In this document: positions 60,338 through 64,000 of the stretch, piece by piece
How the letters are laid out: the number at the start of each line of letters is the position of its first letter
Numbering within the stretch: position 1 is the first letter of the stretch
DNA from: an uncultured bacterium
Lineage (GTDB): Bacteria; Krumholzibacteriota; Krumholzibacteriia; JACNKJ01
Direction of reading: 5' to 3'
Length of the DNA stretch: 64,000 bases
Assembly: GCA_963695095.1 (NCBI GenBank)
Contig: CAVOFT010000001.1
Span: 2,496,001 to 2,560,000 of the forward strand
The notes under the pieces: model-generated
Seen by the model: only the letters and a program-made list of their open reading frames with translations
What the model was told of the DNA's origin: nothing
Databases searched by the model: none
Position numbers and translations under genes: made by a program

Positions 60338-61240
60338 TCAGCGCGGGCGGCCCCAGCGGTCCAGCCAGAGGCCATGGCGCAGCGCTCGGGCGCTGAGCTG
60401 AAGGCGTTCGGCGCCGCGGCGGCGCATCAGGGCGAGGACGATGGCCGCCCCGGCGAGGATGACCGGCGCCCGCTCGGGCATCAGGCCGGGCAGGGCGGCC
60501 CGCTCGGCCACCCTCAAGCGCCGGTAGCGTTCGACCTGGCATTCGATGTCGGCGAGCGTCAGGGCCAGGCCCTCGACGCGCTGCGGGCGCCAGTCGGCCT
60601 CGCCCAGGGCGACGGTGCCCAGGCTGGTCGCCGTGCCGCCGATGCCCACCAGCGCTCCGCTTCCCGGCGCGAGCGGCGCGAGACGCTCGGCGCAGGCGGC
60701 CAGCATGGCGCTGAGGGCGGCCGGCGGCACGGGGTCCTCGCGCTGGAATTCCTCGCTGAGGCGCAGGCAGCCCAGCTCGAGACTGAAGCGCTCCCCCATC
60801 CGGTCGCCCTCGCCGGCGATGCACTCGGTGCTGCCGCCCCCGATGTCGACGACGAGGCAGGAACCCGGCGGCGCTCCGGCGCCCGAGCGGGCGGCGAGGA
60901 AGGACAGGCGGGCTTCCTCTTCGCCGGGAATCACCGCAATGGCGAGCCCGCAGCGCTCGCGCGCGCGGGCCAGGAAGTCCTCGGCGTTCGCCGCGGCGCG
61001 GAGAGCCGCCGTGCCCACGGCCGCGAACTCCGTGGCGCCTTGCGCCCGCGCGGCGCCGACCAGCGCCGCCAGCGCGTCAAGCGTGCGCGCCATCGCCGCC
61101 TCGCCGAGACGCCCCGAGCGGCCGAGTCCCTCGCCGAGGCCGGTCACGGCCAGGGTGTCCAGGATGGGCGCGGCCAGCTCCTCGGCGAGCACCAGCTTCA
61201 CCGAGTTGCTGCCGACATCGAGGGCGGCGGCGCGCGGCAC
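60338..61240 (-). CDS. ppx: Ppx/GppA family exopolyphosphatase
   Basis: ALDVGSNSVKL, GTAALR.A.N, GEEEARLSF, DIGGGSTE, GIGGTAT, LRHG; C-terminal part of the 60338..63403 frame, GTG start. Confidence 0.88.
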   Translation of the reverse strand: MPRAAALDVGSNSVKLVLAEELAAPILDTLAVTGLGEGLGRSGRLGEAAMARTLDALAALVGAARAQGATEFAAVGTAALRAAANAEDFLARARERCGLAIAVIPGEEEARLSFLAARSGAGAPPGSCLVVDIGGGSTECIAGEGDRMGERFSLELGCLRLSEEFQREDPVPPAALSAMLAACAERLAPLAPGSGALVGIGGTATSLGTVALGEADWRPQRVEGLALTLADIECQVERYRRLRVAERAALPGLMPERAPVILAGAAIVLALMRRRGAERLQLSARALRHGLWLDRWGRPR

Positions 61241-63342
61241 TACCCGGAGCCCTCGGCGGGCGGCGCCGCGGGCGACCGCTCCTCGCGGTAGCGGGTGAGC
61301 ATGGCGCGGGCGATGTCGGTCGAATGGCTGTTGAGCTTGCGCAGGGCGTCCATGACGGCAATGTGGATCTGGCTGCTCGCGACGGCGTCCGTGACCTCGT
61401 GGGTCACGCGCTCGAAATGGGCGCGGCGATAGCTCTCCTCGAGGGCGACGTACTTGGCCTGCTTGCGCGTCATGTGCTCGGCCTGGGTCAGGCTGCCCTC
61501 GCGGAAGGCCTCCAGGCCGCGCGCGAGCTGCTTGACCACCTTGAGATGGTAGGCGCGGACCTGCGCCTCGCCGGCGGCCGAGAAGGCGAGGCCGGTCTCG
61601 AGCTTGTGCCGCGCCAGCGGCCGCAGCTCGCGGTAGATGACGTCCGAGCTCAGCTCGAGGAGCTTCGTGACGTGCAGCATCAGGTAGACCTCTTCGGTCT
61701 GCTCGGGGCTGAGATTGCGGCGGCCGATCTCGAGCAGATAGGCCGTGATCTGCTCGTCGAGGGCGTCGACGCGGTGCTCCTCCTCGTCGAGGGCTTCGAG
61801 CAAGTCCAGGCGGCGCCCGCAGAGGGGATCGATCACCGCCTCGGTCATGTGCTTGACCAGGCCGCCCAGGCTGAGGATCTCCACCTTGGCCAGACTGAGG
61901 GCGAGGGCCGGCGTGCTCAGCACGCTGGCTTCCAGGTGCCGGGCGCGCAGGCGCTCGGGCAATTGCTCGACCCGATCCGGAAGGATGCGCGTGAGGGCGC
62001 GGGCGGCCAGCCCGGTGAAGGGCAGGAAGAGCAGCGCGAGGCCGACGTTGAACACGCTGTGCGCGTTGGCGATCTGGCGGGGGATGTCCGGCGGCATGCC
62101 CGCGGCGAGATCGGCGCTGCTGAGCTGCGGCGAGAGCGCGCGCACGAGATCGGCGAAGGCCGGAATCCAGCCGACGAAGATCGCCACGCCGAGCACCTTG
62201 AAGGCCGTGTGGGCGAAGGCCACCCGCTTGGCCGCCCGGCCGGTCTTGAGGCTGGCCAGGTAGGCCGTCACGCAGGTGCCGATGTTGGCGCCGAACATGA
62301 GCGGGATGCCGGCCTCGAGGCCGATCAGGCCCTGCTGGGCGAGCACGATGATGAGACCGAGGAAGGCGGCGCTGCTCTGGATGAGCGCCGTGAGCAGCGT
62401 GCCGACGAGGATGCCGGCCACCGGGTCCTCCAGGGTGCGCAGCACGGCGAGAAAGGCCTGGTGATCGCGCAGGGGCCCCATCGATTCGGCCATCACGTGC
62501 ATGCCGAAGAAGAGCAGGCCGGCGCCCAGCAGCACCTCGCCCGTGTGCCGCCAGGCGGCGCGGCGGCCCAGCGTGCGCAGGCCGAAGCCGATGGCGATCA
62601 TCAGGAGCGCGTAGTGCGTGAGCCGGAAGGCGATGAGCTGCGCCGTCAGCGTGGTGCCGATGTCGGCGCCGAGGATGACGCCCAGCGATTGCGCGAAGCT
62701 GATCAGGCCGGCCTGGACGAAGCTGACGAGCAGGACCGTCGTCGCGCTGGAGCTCTGCACGAGCACGGTGACGAAGGCGCCCGCGGCCAGGCCCAGCACG
62801 CGGTTCCGGGTGAGCGCGCCGAGCACGGCCCGCAGGCGACGGCCCGCCGAGCGCTGGAGGGAGGCGCTCATCAGATCCATGCCGAAGAGGAAGAGGCCGA
62901 GCCCGCCGGCCAGGCCGAAGAGCAGGATCCACAGCCAGCCGCGCTCGCGGACGCTGATCTGGTAGACGAGGCGCGCGCCGCTGCCGGCCGCCCCCGGAAT
63001 CTGGGCGACGACGACGTGGCGACCGGGCGGCGCGCCGGGCCGATAGCCGAGGGCGGCCCGACCCGTGGAGTCCGTCAGCGCTTCGCCCAGCTCGCTGTAG
63101 ACCGGCGCCACGAGCGTGAAGACGATGCGCTGGCCCGGCAGCGGCGCTCCGGAGTCGTCGAGAGCGCGAGCCACCAGGCGCGTGGAGCCGCCCGCCAGCA
63201 GACTGAGTGGCGCGGGCTCTCGCTGCTGGCCATCGGCGGTGAGGGGCGGGAGGAGCCGCGGCCCGGCCGCCGCGGCAGCGCCGGGGCCGAGCAGGAGGGC
63301 GAGAGCGAGCAGGCGCAGGGCAAGGCGCGGCATCGAGTCCAC
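61240..63342 (-). CDS. Na/Pi cotransporter (PNaS family) with N-terminal Ig-like extension and C-terminal PhoU-like domain
   Basis: GGLGLFLFGM, QSSSATT, ILGADIGTT, IQSSAA, GANIGT, IANAH..FN; helical C-terminus; signal peptide plus TDSTGRA beta domain. Confidence 0.92.
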   Translation of the reverse strand: MDSMPRLALRLLALALLLGPGAAAAAGPRLLPPLTADGQQREPAPLSLLAGGSTRLVARALDDSGAPLPGQRIVFTLVAPVYSELGEALTDSTGRAALGYRPGAPPGRHVVVAQIPGAAGSGARLVYQISVRERGWLWILLFGLAGGLGLFLFGMDLMSASLQRSAGRRLRAVLGALTRNRVLGLAAGAFVTVLVQSSSATTVLLVSFVQAGLISFAQSLGVILGADIGTTLTAQLIAFRLTHYALLMIAIGFGLRTLGRRAAWRHTGEVLLGAGLLFFGMHVMAESMGPLRDHQAFLAVLRTLEDPVAGILVGTLLTALIQSSAAFLGLIIVLAQQGLIGLEAGIPLMFGANIGTCVTAYLASLKTGRAAKRVAFAHTAFKVLGVAIFVGWIPAFADLVRALSPQLSSADLAAGMPPDIPRQIANAHSVFNVGLALLFLPFTGLAARALTRILPDRVEQLPERLRARHLEASVLSTPALALSLAKVEILSLGGLVKHMTEAVIDPLCGRRLDLLEALDEEEHRVDALDEQITAYLLEIGRRNLSPEQTEEVYLMLHVTKLLELSSDVIYRELRPLARHKLETGLAFSAAGEAQVRAYHLKVVKQLARGLEAFREGSLTQAEHMTRKQAKYVALEESYRRAHFERVTHEVTDAVASSQIHIAVMDALRKLNSHSTDIARAMLTRYREERSPAAPPAEGSG

Positions 63343-63446
63343 CTCGGCATGCGGATGAGGGCCCGCCTAGCCTTAGCCCATCGATTTCGGCTTGGCAAGA
63401 CAATGCGCCCGGCCGGCGATCGCGGGCGCAGCGCGGGCGGGCGGTC

Positions 63447-63455
63447 TGCTATACT
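63447..63455 (+). promoter_or_regulatory. Putative extended -10 element
   Basis: TGCTATACT about 30 nt upstream of the ATG at 63485, with an AGGAG RBS between. Confidence 0.4.
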
Positions 63456-63484
63456 GGCTGCGTCCCCGGTCAGGAGTGTTCCCC

Positions 63485-64000
63485 ATGCGTCGCCTCCGCC
63501 CCGCCTCGCTCTTCGCCCTGGCCGTCCCTGCCGGCCTCGCCCTCGCCCTGAGCTGGCAGCTGGCGCTCATCGCGGCGCCGGCGCCCTCGCCGGCGCTGCG
63601 CCTGCCGCCCAGGCCCACCGAGCATCGGCTCGACGAGGACGCCGAACGGCTGAATCGCAAGGGCCGCCGCGCCTGGATGGAGGAGATGCACCGGGCGGCG
63701 CCGGGCACGGATTGGCGTGCCCTGGAGCGCGCCAACGGGCTGGCCCGCGAGGCCCTGCACGCCGCCGCCGGCACGCGCGCGACGGCCTGGACGGAGATCG
63801 GCAGTCGCAACCTGGCGGGCCGCATGCACTGCGCGGCCGTCTCGGTGGCCGGCGACAGTCTCTATGCCGGCTCGGACCTGGGCGGCCTCTGGAAGGGCGA
63901 CCTGGCCGGAGGCGGCTGGCATCCCCTCTCGGACAACCTCTACGGCGGCGTGCGCGGCGGCGTGGCCGTGGCGGGCGTGGATCCCGAGCTGATCACCGTG
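63485..64000 (+). CDS. 3'-truncated secreted protein, probable BNR/VPS10-type beta-propeller
   Basis: Not in the ORF track (no stop in window); AGGAG RBS; MRRLRPASLFALAV signal; WTEIGSRNLAGR, LYAGSDLGGLWK, WHPLSD. Confidence 0.7.
   Translation, partial: MRRLRPASLFALAVPAGLALALSWQLALIAAPAPSPALRLPPRPTEHRLDEDAERLNRKGRRAWMEEMHRAAPGTDWRALERANGLAREALHAAAGTRATAWTEIGSRNLAGRMHCAAVSVAGDSLYAGSDLGGLWKGDLAGGGWHPLSDNLYGGVRGGVAVAGVDPELITV

Overview
64 kb of a very GC-rich bacterial chromosome, mostly encoded on the minus strand. FlgD-Ig/T9SS-like C-terminal domains, a gingipain-like C25 protease and Lnt/LspA suggest a diderm of the FCB superphylum (Krumholzibacteriota/Latescibacterota-like; inference). Most of it is housekeeping: purM/purD/purE, argS, rsfS, tatC, nrdR, glyA, rpiB, ilvE, tsaC, a nucleoside-type ABC transporter, arcC, murQ, tRNA-Val(TAC), larE, mltG, ruvX, an anti-sigma partner-switch module, rluD, lspA, ileS, PNP, yggS, tdk, citrate synthase, ppx and a Na/Pi cotransporter. 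About 20 single-base frameshifts (lnt, glyA, the 21-28 kb ABC/aminotransferase block, and one gene at 36 kb) look like assembly errors. The best candidate for an undescribed system is at 28.9-36.4 kb. There a secreted protein with a dockerin-like duplicated Ca2+-loop repeat and three paralogous secreted beta-sandwich (possibly cohesin-like) proteins that all end in WGxIKALY lie upstream of a large C25 (PorU-like) cysteine protease, suggesting a surface-protein sorting/scaffold system. The second candidate is a 20-aa peptide gene with its own promoter and strong RBS directly upstream of a membrane-sensor HD-GYP phosphodiesterase. Also notable: a stand-alone rplC outside any S10 operon, an ArgRS lacking the HIGH motif, and a small membrane-protein gene whose stop codon lies inside tRNA-Val. 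No integrase, transposase, CRISPR array or rRNA was seen. All family calls are from motif recognition by eye; no database searches were run.
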